A DNA stretch of 63,137 nt, the filler included, from Octopus bimaculoides (taxonomy: Eukaryota): NCBI RefSeq assembly GCF_001194135.2. It is 4 parts of 4 records of this genome, joined end to end, with 100 filler letters (N's around TTAATTAATTAA, not from the genome) between each part and the next. Parts side by side here need not be neighbours in the genome. Positions count along the whole stretch, not along the records: positions 59,513 to 63,137 come from NW_026312738.1; 3 more parts are not named here. One strand, given 5' to 3'. Position numbers and translations under genes: made by a program. This document shows positions 63,072 to 63,137 of the stretch, piece after piece. The notes under the pieces are model-generated. The model was not told the DNA's origin and did not search any database. It saw only the letters and a list, made by a program, of their open reading frames with translations. How positions within the stretch are numbered: position 1 is the stretch's first letter; every line of letters starts with the position of its first letter.

Positions 63072-63137
63072 TGCTAACTGACAACACCAGCATCAGCTCA
63101 AGACGATGACCCCTACTCTCTCTTCAGTTCAGCCATT

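Overview
AT-rich, gap-ridden animal genomic DNA. The microsatellite load ((TA)n, (TG)n, (CATA)n, (GATA)n, (TAA)n) and the tRNA-derived SINE families point to a coleoid cephalopod, probably Octopus; this is inference, not a database match. I found no host protein-coding gene or true tRNA/rRNA gene. Nearly all long ORFs in the track are translated microsatellites or N-runs. Three identical 100-bp synthetic spacers (N44-TTAATTAATTAA-N44) show that at least four separately assembled pieces were joined. The real content is decayed mobile DNA: several SINE families, restriction-like-endonuclease (R4/Dong-type) LINEs, Tx1/L1, CR1-like and RTE LINE remnants, Tc1 and mariner transposase relics, pogo/hAT/foldback MITEs, and a Penelope-like element (PLE) with a GIY-YIG domain that the ORF track misses. 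Two signals stand out. (1) Hammerhead-ribozyme motifs in PLE-type terminal repeats: two families with three copies each, two weaker candidates, and one candidate at 22254-22328 that has every catalytic-core nucleotide and four perfect helices but in a permuted, pseudoknotted order. (2) Different retroelement families appear to partition by microsatellite target, including an RLE LINE at (CATA)n and a Tx1 at (TATC)n. All structures were read by eye and none has been tested.
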